64,000 bases of DNA from Candidatus Nomurabacteria bacterium (GCA_020854065.1 JADZGF010000003.1:96913-160912), one strand, 5' to 3'. Shown: positions 44,450-54,582, numbered from the stretch's first letter. The notes: generated by a model from the sequence alone, not told the origin. Program-made: numbers and translations.

Positions 44450-45504
44450 TATTCACTCCTGACGTACTCTCAGTGTTCTTGCCCGCAATGCTCGCCTTTT
44501 TGATTGGCGTTGGATTAACCCCATTCCTTACGCACATCTTGTATGCAAAGCGTATGTGGAAACAGAAGGCAGGGAAGGTGGCACTCGATGGCACTGACGC
44601 CCTCGTCTTTAATGAACTGCATAAGGAGAAGGAGGTAGGTACACCACGCTTTGGCGGCATTATCGTGTGGGCAAGCGTTCTTATCACTGCTGATCTTCTC
44701 TCGGTGTTGGCACGACTGTATCCGGATCCTTTTTTCAGTTTGGCGTTTATCAGCCGTGAACAAACGTGGGTTCCTTTGGCTGCCTTTGCCGCAGGTGCGT
44801 TTGTCGGGTTCTTGGACGATATCTTTGAAGTGCGCGAGGGTAAAGGGTTGCGGTTGCGTGTGCGACTTATACTGGTTGCAATCGTCTCAGCGCTCTGTGC
44901 CTGGTGGTTTTATGACAAGCTCGAAGTTACCTCAGTATCGGTTCTGTTTTTGAATAATCCGCTTGAGCTAGGATCTCTCTTCATTCCGTTCTTTATCCTA
45001 GTCACCTTGTTTGTGTACGCAGGTGGAGTGATTGATGGTCTCGATGGACTTGCGGGAGGTGTGTTCTCTGCAATCTTTGCCGCATATGCAGGTATTGCAT
45101 TCTTCCAAAATCAGCTCGACTTGGCAGCGCTCTGTGCTGCAATTGCAGGTGGTCTCTTAGCTTTCTTGTGGTTTAACATTCCGCCCGCACGGTTTTACTT
45201 ATCCGAGACTGGTTCCATGGCACTCACACTCGTCTTAGTGGTGGTTGCCTTCTTAACAGACACGATCGTTGAAGGGGAAGGGGTTAAGGTACTTCCAATC
45301 ATCGCGCTCCCGCTGGTGGCAACAGTTCTCTCAAACATCCTGCAAATCATCTGGAAGCGTGTGTTTGGCAAGAAACTCTTCCGCATTGCACCACTCCACC
45401 ATCATTTTGAAGCGATTGGCTGGCCTGCGTCTAAAGTAGTGATGCGGTATTGGGTTGTTGCTGTAGTTGTTGCCATAATCGGTCTTATCATCGCTATCGT
45501 ATGA
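44446..45504 (+). CDS. mraY: phospho-N-acetylmuramoyl-pentapeptide transferase
   Basis: 10-TM protein; DDxxE-like FVGFLDDIFEVREGKG; GLDGLAGG. Confidence 0.9.
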   Translation: MIFTPDVLSVFLPAMLAFLIGVGLTPFLTHILYAKRMWKQKAGKVALDGTDALVFNELHKEKEVGTPRFGGIIVWASVLITADLLSVLARLYPDPFFSLAFISREQTWVPLAAFAAGAFVGFLDDIFEVREGKGLRLRVRLILVAIVSALCAWWFYDKLEVTSVSVLFLNNPLELGSLFIPFFILVTLFVYAGGVIDGLDGLAGGVFSAIFAAYAGIAFFQNQLDLAALCAAIAGGLLAFLWFNIPPARFYLSETGSMALTLVLVVVAFLTDTIVEGEGVKVLPIIALPLVATVLSNILQIIWKRVFGKKLFRIAPLHHHFEAIGWPASKVVMRYWVVAVVVAIIGLIIAIV

Positions 45505-46598
45505 AGCGTGCACCGCTCGACACACCGTTTTTGCTCACGGCCAGTTTGTTGCTTGCCTTTGGGCTTCTTATCTTTACCTCAGCTGCCTTAGGGCTTCTCG
45601 CACGCGATGGCGCAACCTTTACCTCAGTTGCAACTTCACAGCTTCTCTTAGGCTTCCTCATGGGCGGTGTCGCCATGGTCATACTGTCCCGGATTGATTA
45701 CCGCACCTGGCGACCCTATACACCCTATTTCTTTGCCGGTGCAGTTGGACTTACCTTACTTACCTTCGTCCCAGGCATCGGACTTGAACTGAAAGGTGCA
45801 TCACGCTGGATCGAAATTGGACCAATCACCTTCCAACCCGAAGAGTTGTTGAAGTTTGCTTCAGTCATGTTCTTAGCCGCACTCTATTCCTCCCGTCTGC
45901 GCGAAGTGCCGACACTGCAAGGAGGTTTACTGCCTTTCATGCTCATTGGTGGCGGTGGAGCGGCACTCTTACTTTTGCAGCCCAATACCGATGGTGCAGT
46001 ATTGCTTGCAGGAGCATGTGCAGCGGTACTCTTTGCCGCAGGAGGGAAGATCCGGCATCTTGCACTCTTGGGCATTCTCGGACTCATGGCATTAGCCATA
46101 GCGGCACTCGCATATCCGCACGTGATGTCGCGTTTTGCCACTTTCTTTGACCAAGACTCAGATCTCCAAGGTGCAGGGTGGCAAATCCATCAATCACTCA
46201 TTGCGGTTGGTTCAGGTGAGCTCTTTGGGCGCGGTTTTGGACAAAGTATTGAAAAGTTTTCCTATCTTCCTGAGCCAATTGGTGACTCAATATTTGCCGT
46301 TGCGGCCGAAGAGTTTGGCTTTATAGGCTCCGGACTCCTTGTGGTGCTTTATGCAACTTTTGCGCTCTTAGGACTACGTATTGCCGCTCGTGCACCAGAT
46401 CCCTTTGGTGGGCTTATCGTTGTTGGATTAGTGACCTTGATCGTGGTGCAGTCGTTTGTGAACATCGGATCAGTGTTAGGGCTTATCCCACTCTCCGGAT
46501 TACCTCTTATTTTCGTGTCGCACGGAGGCACCGCTTTGGCTGTTTCCTTAGCCGAGGTGGGTGTTATATTAAGCGTATCCAGGAGGATGAAGTCTTAG
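45501..46598 (+). CDS. ftsW: SEDS-family peptidoglycan glycosyltransferase FtsW/RodA
   Basis: MKRAPLDTPFLL...; PDSDLQGAGWQIHQSLIAVGSGELFGRGFGQS; FIG motif. Trimmed from track ORF 45450 to the ATGA overlap with mraY. Confidence 0.85.
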   Translation: MKRAPLDTPFLLTASLLLAFGLLIFTSAALGLLARDGATFTSVATSQLLLGFLMGGVAMVILSRIDYRTWRPYTPYFFAGAVGLTLLTFVPGIGLELKGASRWIEIGPITFQPEELLKFASVMFLAALYSSRLREVPTLQGGLLPFMLIGGGGAALLLLQPNTDGAVLLAGACAAVLFAAGGKIRHLALLGILGLMALAIAALAYPHVMSRFATFFDQDSDLQGAGWQIHQSLIAVGSGELFGRGFGQSIEKFSYLPEPIGDSIFAVAAEEFGFIGSGLLVVLYATFALLGLRIAARAPDPFGGLIVVGLVTLIVVQSFVNIGSVLGLIPLSGLPLIFVSHGGTALAVSLAEVGVILSVSRRMKS

Positions 46599-46603
46599 AC
46601 TAT

Positions 46604-47734
46604 ATGAAGATACTTTTTACGGGAGGAGGTTCAGGTGGCCATTTTTACCCCATCATTGCCACTGCAGAAGCTATTAACGACGCGGTACGCGAGCGGAAGT
46701 TAATCGAGCCGAAACTCTACTACGCCGCACCTGAGCCATACGACAAAGAGATGCTCATTGCGAACAACATCACCTTTGTGCCGACTTCGGCAGGGAAGAT
46801 GCGCAATTACTTTTCAATTCTTAACTTTTTTGATTCGTTTAAAACGGCGTGGGGAATCTTCCGGTCAATTTTGCGTGTGTTCTTTTTATACCCAGACGTT
46901 GTATTTGGTACCGGAGGCTACGCGAGCTTCCCAACACTCTTAGCCGCAAAACTATTCCGTATTCCGGTGGTGATTTATGCAACCGATGCAGAACCTTCTC
47001 GCGTGAACCGCTGGGCAGGGAAGTTTGCGGAGAAGATTGCGGTCTCATACGCAAGTGCATCAGAGTTTTTTCCCAAAGAGAAGGTAGCGCATACGGGAAA
47101 TCCGGTGCGCAAAGCATTGCTGTTACCTGCACGTGAAGGATCGTTCGAATTCTTGGGATTCAAACGAGAGATACCTGTCTTATTGGTGGTTGGTGGTTCG
47201 CAAGGTGCACAGACCGTGAACGAGGCGATACTCGCTGCACTTCCACAGTTATTGGAAAAATACCAAGTGGTGCATCAAACAGGGGAGGCAAACCTCAAGG
47301 ATGTTGAAGGACGCGCACGCGTTGCGTTGGGTAACACCCTCCTTATGGAGCGGTATAAGGCATATGGATATTTAAATGACCTTGCCACACGTATGGCAGC
47401 GGGTGCTGCGTCCATGGTCATTGCGCGCGCAGGTTCTGGCACCATCTTTGAAATAGCATCCTGGGGGTTGCCGTCCATTCTTGTTCCCATTCCAGAACCT
47501 ATATCGCATGACCAGAAGAAAAACGCCTTCGACTATGCACGTACCGGCGCATGTGTGGTGATTGAACAAAACAACCTCACTCCCGGCCTTTTGGTATCAG
47601 AGGTTGATCGGATCATGGGGGATGAGCACCTCAAAATGAAAATGGGTAACGCGGCTCGAAGCTTCTCCCGTCCCGACTCGGCAAAACTTATCGCTGATGC
47701 CATCTTAGACATCGCCCTTTCCCACGAGGTATAG
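46604..47734 (+). CDS. murG: UDP-N-acetylglucosamine--N-acetylmuramyl-(pentapeptide) pyrophosphoryl-undecaprenol GlcNAc transferase
   Basis: FTGGGSGGHFYPIIA (G-loop), GGYASFP and C-terminal GT-B motifs. Confidence 0.9.
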   Translation: MKILFTGGGSGGHFYPIIATAEAINDAVRERKLIEPKLYYAAPEPYDKEMLIANNITFVPTSAGKMRNYFSILNFFDSFKTAWGIFRSILRVFFLYPDVVFGTGGYASFPTLLAAKLFRIPVVIYATDAEPSRVNRWAGKFAEKIAVSYASASEFFPKEKVAHTGNPVRKALLLPAREGSFEFLGFKREIPVLLVVGGSQGAQTVNEAILAALPQLLEKYQVVHQTGEANLKDVEGRARVALGNTLLMERYKAYGYLNDLATRMAAGAASMVIARAGSGTIFEIASWGLPSILVPIPEPISHDQKKNAFDYARTGACVVIEQNNLTPGLLVSEVDRIMGDEHLKMKMGNAARSFSRPDSAKLIADAILDIALSHEV

Positions 47735-47735
47735 G

Positions 47736-49052
47736 GTGGAGTATAGTCCTTTCATGTCTACCGTTATTACACGCTTTCCTCCCTCGCCAACCGGACATCT
47801 CCATATCGGGAGTGTACGGACGGCACTCTTTAACTATCTCTACGCCGCAAAAAACGGCGGCACGATGGTACTGCGATTTGAAGATACCGATAAAGAGCGC
47901 TCCAAACCTGAATTTGAAGAGGATATCTTAGCGGGACTTAACTGGCTCTCTATTCCCTATACGCTTGCGGACAATCCACGGCAATCAGAACGAGGAGCAC
48001 TCTATCAGCCGCATATTGCGCGCCTTATCGAAAGCGGTCATGCATACGAGGCAGAGGAGGGGAAAGATGGTTCGGGGAAAAAAGTAGTGCGGTTTAAAAA
48101 CCCGAACACGACACTGGTATTTACCGATGAAATACGCGGAGAAGTATCATTCGATACCACCGATTTGGGAGATTTCGTCATTGCAAAAAACGTAGATGAA
48201 CCGCTCTACCATTTGGCGGTTGTGATCGATGACCATGAGATGGGGGTAACGCATGTCATCCGCGGCGAAGATCATATTTCAAATACACCCCGTCAGATCC
48301 TCATACTCGAAGCACTTGGCTTTACCCGTCCCTCCTATGCACACATTCCGCTCATCTTGGCACCTGATCGATCCAAGCTCTCGAAGCGCCATGGCGCGGT
48401 CTCAGTCAATGAATACCAGTCACAGGGAATCATTGCCGAAGCATTGATCAACTATCTTGCACTCCTTGGATGGAATCCAGGAGGGGAGCAGGAAATATAT
48501 ACTCTTTCGGAATTAGAGAACCTCTTCACGCTTGAGCGGGTACACAAAGGCGGGGCAATCTTCGATATGGAGAAGTTGGTGTGGTTTAACCACGAACATC
48601 TCAAGCGTTTAAGCGATGAGGAATTTGCGAAGCGGTTGAAACATTTTAGACACAGTGATACCGATCCACGCCTCATCCCCCTTATCAAAGAGCGCGCAAA
48701 GACCTTAACTGAGGCAGAGGCGTTGATAGAGGAGTACGATTTCCTTAATCCGGTATCACACACCGTGGAACTCTTAACCCAAAACGGGAAGATTGCTGCC
48801 GCTGATGCGTCTACACACTTGCATGCACTGCAAGAATTACTTGGCGGCGTAGCGGATGATGACTTCACTCCTGAACGCGTTAAAGAAGCTCTATGGCCCT
48901 ATGCAGAGGCACAGGGGAGAGGTGCTGTACTGTGGCCACTACGTACTACGCTCTCGGGAAGAGAGAAATCTCCTGATCCCTTCACCCTCGCAGCCCTCCT
49001 TGGAAAGAAGACTGTACTCGAGCGCATTGAGGCTGCTCAAAAAGTGCTTTAA
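47736..49052 (+). CDS. gltX: glutamate--tRNA ligase (short form, 438 aa)
   Basis: VITRFPPSPTGHLHIGSVRTALFN (HIGH) and KLSKRHG (KMSKS). Confidence 0.9.
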   Translation: MEYSPFMSTVITRFPPSPTGHLHIGSVRTALFNYLYAAKNGGTMVLRFEDTDKERSKPEFEEDILAGLNWLSIPYTLADNPRQSERGALYQPHIARLIESGHAYEAEEGKDGSGKKVVRFKNPNTTLVFTDEIRGEVSFDTTDLGDFVIAKNVDEPLYHLAVVIDDHEMGVTHVIRGEDHISNTPRQILILEALGFTRPSYAHIPLILAPDRSKLSKRHGAVSVNEYQSQGIIAEALINYLALLGWNPGGEQEIYTLSELENLFTLERVHKGGAIFDMEKLVWFNHEHLKRLSDEEFAKRLKHFRHSDTDPRLIPLIKERAKTLTEAEALIEEYDFLNPVSHTVELLTQNGKIAAADASTHLHALQELLGGVADDDFTPERVKEALWPYAEAQGRGAVLWPLRTTLSGREKSPDPFTLAALLGKKTVLERIEAAQKVL

Positions 49053-49062
49053 AATAGAGGTA

Positions 49063-50310
49063 ATGCACCGTATTGCTTCGGTTTTTATCGTGTTGCTCCT
49101 TTCGGTGGCTATCTTTGCTCCTGCGAGTATGGTTGTCGCACAAGATGCAAACGCCATACAAGCTCAGATTGATAAGATCCGGAAGGAGATTGAAGCACTC
49201 CAGAAAGAATTAAAGACCACCACGACCCAGAAGCAAACACTCCAGAACGCGATCAAGGAGCTTGATCTACAGATACAAAAACTCCAAAAGAGTATTTCAC
49301 TCACCTCAACGCAGATAGGACAGAAGGATAAAGAGATCGTAACGATTGGGAGTACTATTTTAACGACTGAAGAAAAGATTGACCTACACGAAAGCGGGGT
49401 AGCGGAGTCACTACGAGAACTCGACACGATGGATGAAAAAGGTCTTGCGGCAGCGCTCCTGGGAGGCGCTACCTTGGCAAGCTTTTTTGATGAAGCAGTC
49501 GCACTTGGTTCAATCCGTGATGATCTTGGTACCAAAATACGCGAATTGAGTTCTCTCAAAGAGAATCTTGCGAAGAATAAAAACGTAGCTGAGAGCAAGC
49601 GTAAAGAGTTGGCGAGTCTCCAGTCGCAGCTCTCCACGCAGCGCAAAGGGTTAGCAACAACCCGCAGCTCGCAGACCGAACTACTGAAAGAGACACAGAA
49701 TAAAGAAGCACAATACCAAGCCCTTATCGCACAGAAACAGGCTGAACAGTCTGCGTTTGAGAGCGCCTTGGTGAAAGCAGCACGTGATTTAGGGAGTGCT
49801 GACACGACCGGAGTGCCGTCACCGTATCGCGGACTCCTTAACTGGCCTATTGATAATGTGTTTTTGACACAGACATTCGGCAACACAGATTTTGCAGCGT
49901 CCGGTGCATACAATGGACAAGGACATAACGGTGTCGACTTCCGCGCATCGATAGGCACACCAATCAAGTCGGCTCTTTCAGGTACAGTCCAAGAAGTGAA
50001 CCAAGGTGCGGTGAAATACTGCCAGTATGGCAAATGGGTATTGGTGCGACACAACAATGGATTGACCACACTCTACGCACACCTCTCTTCGATATCGGTA
50101 ACGAAAGGGCAAGCAGTAGGGAGCGGAGATGTTATAGGCTACGCAGGTGATACGGGCTATGCAACAGGACCGCACCTTCACTTTACGGTCTATGCATCGA
50201 GCGGTGTGACGTTTAAAAGCTACACCTGCAACAGCGGATACACCGCTTACATTCCTATCGCTCCATTAAACGGATATCTCAACCCGATGCAGTACTTGCC
50301 AACGCTCTAG
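49063..50310 (+). CDS. M23 family metallopeptidase with N-terminal signal/TM and coiled-coil region
   Basis: Coiled-coil (QAQIDKIRKEIEALQKELK...) then HNGVDF...HLHF (LytM HxxxD/HxH). Track start 48856 overlaps gltX; trimmed to ATG 49063. Confidence 0.8.
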   Translation: MHRIASVFIVLLLSVAIFAPASMVVAQDANAIQAQIDKIRKEIEALQKELKTTTTQKQTLQNAIKELDLQIQKLQKSISLTSTQIGQKDKEIVTIGSTILTTEEKIDLHESGVAESLRELDTMDEKGLAAALLGGATLASFFDEAVALGSIRDDLGTKIRELSSLKENLAKNKNVAESKRKELASLQSQLSTQRKGLATTRSSQTELLKETQNKEAQYQALIAQKQAEQSAFESALVKAARDLGSADTTGVPSPYRGLLNWPIDNVFLTQTFGNTDFAASGAYNGQGHNGVDFRASIGTPIKSALSGTVQEVNQGAVKYCQYGKWVLVRHNNGLTTLYAHLSSISVTKGQAVGSGDVIGYAGDTGYATGPHLHFTVYASSGVTFKSYTCNSGYTAYIPIAPLNGYLNPMQYLPTL

Positions 50311-50415
50311 ATATCCCCAAGAGGGAAGGGGGAGCAGTTGAACATACGTCATACTTATAGACATGCGGATGAAGGTCGAACCGCACCATTTCAGTACCTC
50401 TCATAAGCTTACTCT

Positions 50416-50619
50416 ATGAAATCAGTTGGACTTATCGGTTACATCCTCGTTGTCGTAGGCGCCCTTAACTGGGGTCTCGTCGGTGTTGGCTACTTTATGA
50501 GCCAAGACCTCAACGTGGTGCACATGATTCTTGGCCCTGTTTCGATGGACCTTGAAGCAATTGTGTATATCCTCGTCGGCGTTGCTGGCGTTTGGATGCT
50601 GATGAAGCGCCGTCCGTAA
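50416..50619 (+). CDS. DUF378 family small membrane protein
   Basis: GYILVVVGALNWGLVGV...YILVGVAGVW. Confidence 0.55.
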   Translation: MKSVGLIGYILVVVGALNWGLVGVGYFMSQDLNVVHMILGPVSMDLEAIVYILVGVAGVWMLMKRRP

Positions 50620-50635
50620 TCGCTACGGTTTGGCC

Positions 50636-50663
50636 CAAAAAGCCCCCTCTGGGGGCTTTTTGT
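50636..50663 (+). terminator. rho-independent terminator
   Basis: AAAAGCCCCCTCTGGGGGCTTTTTGT. Confidence 0.75.
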
Positions 50664-50693
50664 ATGGTCATTGTGGTATGATGGTCACATTGT

Positions 50694-51449
50694 ATGCACG
50701 CCATAGCCGTTAAGGGCCTACGCAAGACCTACGCGCCCCAGAAAGGGCAGGGAGAGGGCACGGAAGCACTAAAGGGAGTGAGTCTCACGGTAGAGGAGGG
50801 GGACTTTTTTGCCCTCCTCGGCCCCAACGGGGCAGGCAAAACTACCCTTATCGGCATAACCTCCAGCTTGGTTAATAAGAGCGATGGGGAAGTAAAGGTC
50901 TTTGGGGTCGATATTGATAAAGATCGCTCACTCGCCAAGACTCATATCGGTTTGGTACCGCAGGAGTTTAACTTCAATATTTTTGAAAAGGTCATTGATA
51001 TTGTGACTACCCAAGCCGGCTACTACGGCATCCCACGCGCCGAAGCACTCTCACGTGCTGAGAAACTTTTGAAAGATCTCGGACTTTGGGAGAAAAAGGA
51101 TATGCCGTCGCAAACACTCTCTGGTGGTATGAAGCGACGCTTGATGATCGCACGTGGACTCGTACACAATCCGAAACTTTTGATATTGGATGAACCAACG
51201 GCAGGTGTTGATGTTGAAATGCGCCATGGCATGTGGGAGTTTCTTAAAAAACTCAATGCAGAGGGCACGACTATTATTCTGACTACCCATTACCTAGAAG
51301 AAGCTGAGGCGCTCTGCCGCAATATCGCCATCATCAACAAAGGAACGATTGTCGTGAATGAGCCGATGCAGCAGCTTTTAGAGAGCCGTGGCCATGCCAA
51401 GCTCGAGCAGATTTATCTTGATTTAATTAAGCAGGAATCACCCGCATGA
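50694..51449 (+). CDS. ABC transporter ATP-binding protein (ABC-2 type)
   Basis: GPNGAGKTT, LSGGMKRRL, LILDEPTAGVD. Confidence 0.85.
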   Translation: MHAIAVKGLRKTYAPQKGQGEGTEALKGVSLTVEEGDFFALLGPNGAGKTTLIGITSSLVNKSDGEVKVFGVDIDKDRSLAKTHIGLVPQEFNFNIFEKVIDIVTTQAGYYGIPRAEALSRAEKLLKDLGLWEKKDMPSQTLSGGMKRRLMIARGLVHNPKLLILDEPTAGVDVEMRHGMWEFLKKLNAEGTTIILTTHYLEEAEALCRNIAIINKGTIVVNEPMQQLLESRGHAKLEQIYLDLIKQESPA

Positions 51450-52219
51450 CACCCGACAGAATGCTCATCGCCTATAGCACGATGCTCCGCAACGAATTGG
51501 TGCGGATCTTCCGCATTTGGTCGCAGACCCTACTTCCTCCAGTTGTTACGACCTCGCTTTACTTTGTGGTCTTCGGTGCCTTTATTGGCAGCCAAATTGC
51601 CCCAATAGACGGGTTTACCTACATGCAGTTCATTGTGCCTGGCCTCATCATGATGTCAGTCATTACCTCAAGCTACATGAACACCGTATCCATGTTCTAT
51701 TTTGCGAAATGGACCAAGACGCTCGACGAAATGCTCGTGAGCCCTATGCCGGAGTGGGTCATCGTCGCAGGATATGTGAGCGGGGGAGTATTGCGTGGAC
51801 TTTTGGTTGGCGCGTTGGTACTTGCGGTATCACTCTTCTTTACGCATCTCGCAATATTTAATGCCTTTGTTTTGGTTGCTGCACTGGTGTTAACCTCGGT
51901 GCTCTTTAGCTTGGGAGGGCTTATCAACGGCGTCTTCGCAAAGGGCTTTGACGGCATCTCGATTGTGCCTACCTTCGTGTTAACTCCTCTTACGTACCTC
52001 GGTGGTATTTTCTACTCCGTAGAGATGCTGCCAGAGTTCTGGCAGAAGGTGAGCCTCTTTAACCCGATCCTGTATATGGTGAATGCATTCCGCTACGGCT
52101 TCCTCGGCATTAGCGACATACCACTCTGGCAGTGCTTCGCTGTACTCTTTGCGTTTTTAGGTATCTTTATAATCGTATTGATGTACCTGTTTAAGCAGGG
52201 GATCGGGGTCAAGAACTAG
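51446..52219 (+). CDS. ABC-2 family transporter permease
   Basis: 6-TM. ATGA overlap with the ATPase gene. Confidence 0.8.
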   Translation: MTPDRMLIAYSTMLRNELVRIFRIWSQTLLPPVVTTSLYFVVFGAFIGSQIAPIDGFTYMQFIVPGLIMMSVITSSYMNTVSMFYFAKWTKTLDEMLVSPMPEWVIVAGYVSGGVLRGLLVGALVLAVSLFFTHLAIFNAFVLVAALVLTSVLFSLGGLINGVFAKGFDGISIVPTFVLTPLTYLGGIFYSVEMLPEFWQKVSLFNPILYMVNAFRYGFLGISDIPLWQCFAVLFAFLGIFIIVLMYLFKQGIGVKN

Positions 52220-52222
52220 GAA

Positions 52223-52894
52223 CTATTTCCTTTTCTTCTTTGCGCGTGGCTCTGGCCACTCCATTAATCCTGCCGCTTTTATTTCAATCTTGTTTGCTTT
52301 GCGCAAAAACTTTTCCTGATCTTTGGGCAGAGCAGGGTAGTGGGGCACCGTGTCGAGTCTCTCGCCCAGCCAATCAAGGTCGCCTCCCGACCACCACTTT
52401 TTAGGATGGTACGCGGTGAGACTAAATGGTTTGGAATATTCAAGCATAGTCTTGCGGCCACCGTTCCGATCATTGAGCGGCCAAAAATATTCATGGAAAT
52501 AACTCATGCATAATTCGCGTACTGTTTTATACACTGGGTCTCGCCAGCGCAAGACCGGATAGTTTGTCTTACTTATCGCACCCCAGTATCCGTTTTGCTG
52601 AAACGGTGCGATGACGTGATCGAGATCGTACGCTGCGGATCGTAGATCAATTAAAAGAGGTTGCTTGCCGTGATAGGCGAGGGCAGCGGCAGCTAAAACT
52701 GCCCCCTCAATGCAATGTGCTTTTTTAGTAGCAAGAACTTGAGACGGATTTTGGATAGGGTCCCCTATTGGAGCAAAATTTTCGGGGAAGTGGTCTAGGA
52801 AGTCCTGAATCTTAATTGGCGTCGATAATTTTTTTAACGTGGCGCGCTCGGTGGGGGAAAGAGTAGAAATTAATTTTTTTTGATATTCAGTCAT
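52223..52894 (-). CDS. hypothetical protein with candidate Cys-His catalytic pair (papain/transglutaminase/NAT-like fold?)
   Basis: KKAHCIEGAVLAAAALAYHG ... DLDHVIAP. No confident family assignment. Confidence 0.45.
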   Translation of the reverse strand: MTEYQKKLISTLSPTERATLKKLSTPIKIQDFLDHFPENFAPIGDPIQNPSQVLATKKAHCIEGAVLAAAALAYHGKQPLLIDLRSAAYDLDHVIAPFQQNGYWGAISKTNYPVLRWRDPVYKTVRELCMSYFHEYFWPLNDRNGGRKTMLEYSKPFSLTAYHPKKWWSGGDLDWLGERLDTVPHYPALPKDQEKFLRKANKIEIKAAGLMEWPEPRAKKKRK

Positions 52895-53101
52895 AGGGTT
52901 GGGAAGCCGCTTCGCTCAAGGTCATAAGGGTCGCACAATATACATTTTCCGACCCTTATATCCTTTAACACTAAGGGGAGCCTTTGAACCTCGGCTCCCG
53001 CACTGCTGCTTCCCTCCTTGTATTCTACTCCAACCTTGAGGTGTTCTTTTTGTCTGTATTTTTATTTCTCTCTGTTCCCTCTAGTGCTGGTTGCAGGTTT
53101 T

Positions 53102-53149
53102 TAGCCGAGTTCCCGAGATTTGTTGTATTCAAAGGGTATCTAGCCGAGT
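53102..53149. promoter_or_regulatory. direct repeat TAGCCGAGT (x2, 39 nt apart) plus CCGAG/CTCGG inverted repeat in a 330-nt pyrimidine-rich divergent intergenic region
   Basis: Seen at about 53102-53110 and 53141-53149. Sits upstream of the TIR-like gene (+) and the 52223..52894 gene (-). Confidence 0.25.
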
Positions 53150-53226
53150 CCTTTCTTTTTCTCGGTTAAACGGGGGAGGCGCTTCCCTATTTACCATACG
53201 CATGGACTGAGATACCGTATGTCTAT

Positions 53227-54504
53227 ATGGCACGTACAGTATTTTTTTCTTGGCAGTCGGATACGCCACCCGCTGTGGGACGTCGTTTTATTGAAGATAT
53301 TCTGACAGAGATCTGCGCCGGTGTATCAGGAGAGACAACTGTCGATGATTCTCCACGCGACAACCTATTAGTCGATAGCGATACTAAGAACGTTGCGGGA
53401 CACCCCCCAATATTTCCAATCATACTAGATAAGATTGATCGTTCCGCGGTCTTTGTTGCAGATTTAACAGCTGTGGGCGTGCGAAACAACGGCTCAGGGC
53501 TAATAGCCAATCCAAATGTACTTATCGAATACGGTTACGCAATAAAGACACATGGGTATGAACGGATAGTCTACTTACTTAACACAGCGTACGGGGAACC
53601 AGGTAAATTTGGAGAGAATCTTCCTTTTGATCTACGGCACGCACGTCATCCAATCACTTTTCATCTTCCAAACAATGCAACAAAAATAGCCGCACAAAAA
53701 GAAAAGGCGAGACTCCTCCCTCTTCTTGAGCGCGCAATACGCGCAAGCCTCACCAAAACCCCAACGGACGAGAGGATTGAGCAACCTTCTTATCGTGAAA
53801 GAAAGACTTGGATTGACCCGTCCCGCTTCCGTGCGCCAGGTATAGAACTGGGCATAAAGGATGATTGGTTTTTCAGTGAAAAGAAAACTCAAAAAGTCTT
53901 CCTGGACGAGGGTCCTGCCGCTTGGTTGAGACTCATACCAACTCTCAGCTCAGAGAAGAAATTTCGCACAGCAGAGTTAAAAAAAATCATTCAAGGCCAA
54001 TCCGGAGCCAGGTTTCCAACCTTGATTGATAGGGGTGGTGGGTATGATTACGTCCGGGCCGAAGATGGGATGGGTTTATACTACTCCGTTGGTCAAGACA
54101 CAGATGATTTAGTCAGAACTCCTACTGTTGCCTATATGTTCAACACTGGAGAAATCTGGAGTATAGATACTGCTCGGCTTAGTTACGGCCAGAATATTCC
54201 TTTTTTAGAAGAGGAATTTAAAGCCTCCCTCGAGGCGTACGCGAATACCTTGGCAAGTTTGGGTATACCTGGACCTTATAAGTGGAAAGTGGGCATGACG
54301 GGTCTAAAAGACAAAAAAATAAGTATGCCTCCACCTGCGCCGGGAAAGGGTTATATATCAAATACTGGCCCCACCTGTGTCACTGATACTATAGAAATGG
54401 AAGGTGTCTATCAAACCGGCCAAAAGTCCGCAGATGCACTCAGGCCATTTTTCGAAGAACTCTTTGATCAGTGCGGAATGACTCGTCCTGCGCATCTCCA
54501 ATAA
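53227..54504 (+). CDS. TIR-like/SLOG-type (ThsB/DUF1863- or NDT-like) N-terminal domain fused to a roughly 290-aa uncharacterised C-terminal domain; candidate defence/signalling protein
   Basis: Begins RTVFFSWQSD (cf. TIR betaA F-x-S-x-x-x-x-D). ILDKIDRSAVFVADLT ... NPNVLIEYGYAI matches the conserved-Glu motif of TIR-like and nucleoside 2-deoxyribosyltransferase-like folds. The C-terminal domain has no recognised motifs. Confidence 0.5.
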   Translation: MARTVFFSWQSDTPPAVGRRFIEDILTEICAGVSGETTVDDSPRDNLLVDSDTKNVAGHPPIFPIILDKIDRSAVFVADLTAVGVRNNGSGLIANPNVLIEYGYAIKTHGYERIVYLLNTAYGEPGKFGENLPFDLRHARHPITFHLPNNATKIAAQKEKARLLPLLERAIRASLTKTPTDERIEQPSYRERKTWIDPSRFRAPGIELGIKDDWFFSEKKTQKVFLDEGPAAWLRLIPTLSSEKKFRTAELKKIIQGQSGARFPTLIDRGGGYDYVRAEDGMGLYYSVGQDTDDLVRTPTVAYMFNTGEIWSIDTARLSYGQNIPFLEEEFKASLEAYANTLASLGIPGPYKWKVGMTGLKDKKISMPPPAPGKGYISNTGPTCVTDTIEMEGVYQTGQKSADALRPFFEELFDQCGMTRPAHLQ

Positions 54505-54582
54505 AAACGGACTTTGTATCTATTCCCATGTTTTCATTCATACAAAAACTCCCCCATTTCTGGAGGAGTCTTTGTGTAGGAG

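Noticed and set aside
48856-49062. N-terminal extensions of track ORFs 48856 (M23 peptidase) and 60243 (cysS) that overlap upstream genes
   Set aside because: They result from the track opening ORFs at TTG/GTG. The recognisable proteins start at downstream ATGs (49063 and 60435) just after the upstream stop codons.
49164-50069. 301-aa ORF on the - strand
   Set aside because: Fully inside and antisense to the M23 peptidase gene, Ser/Cys/Arg-rich, no homology signal.
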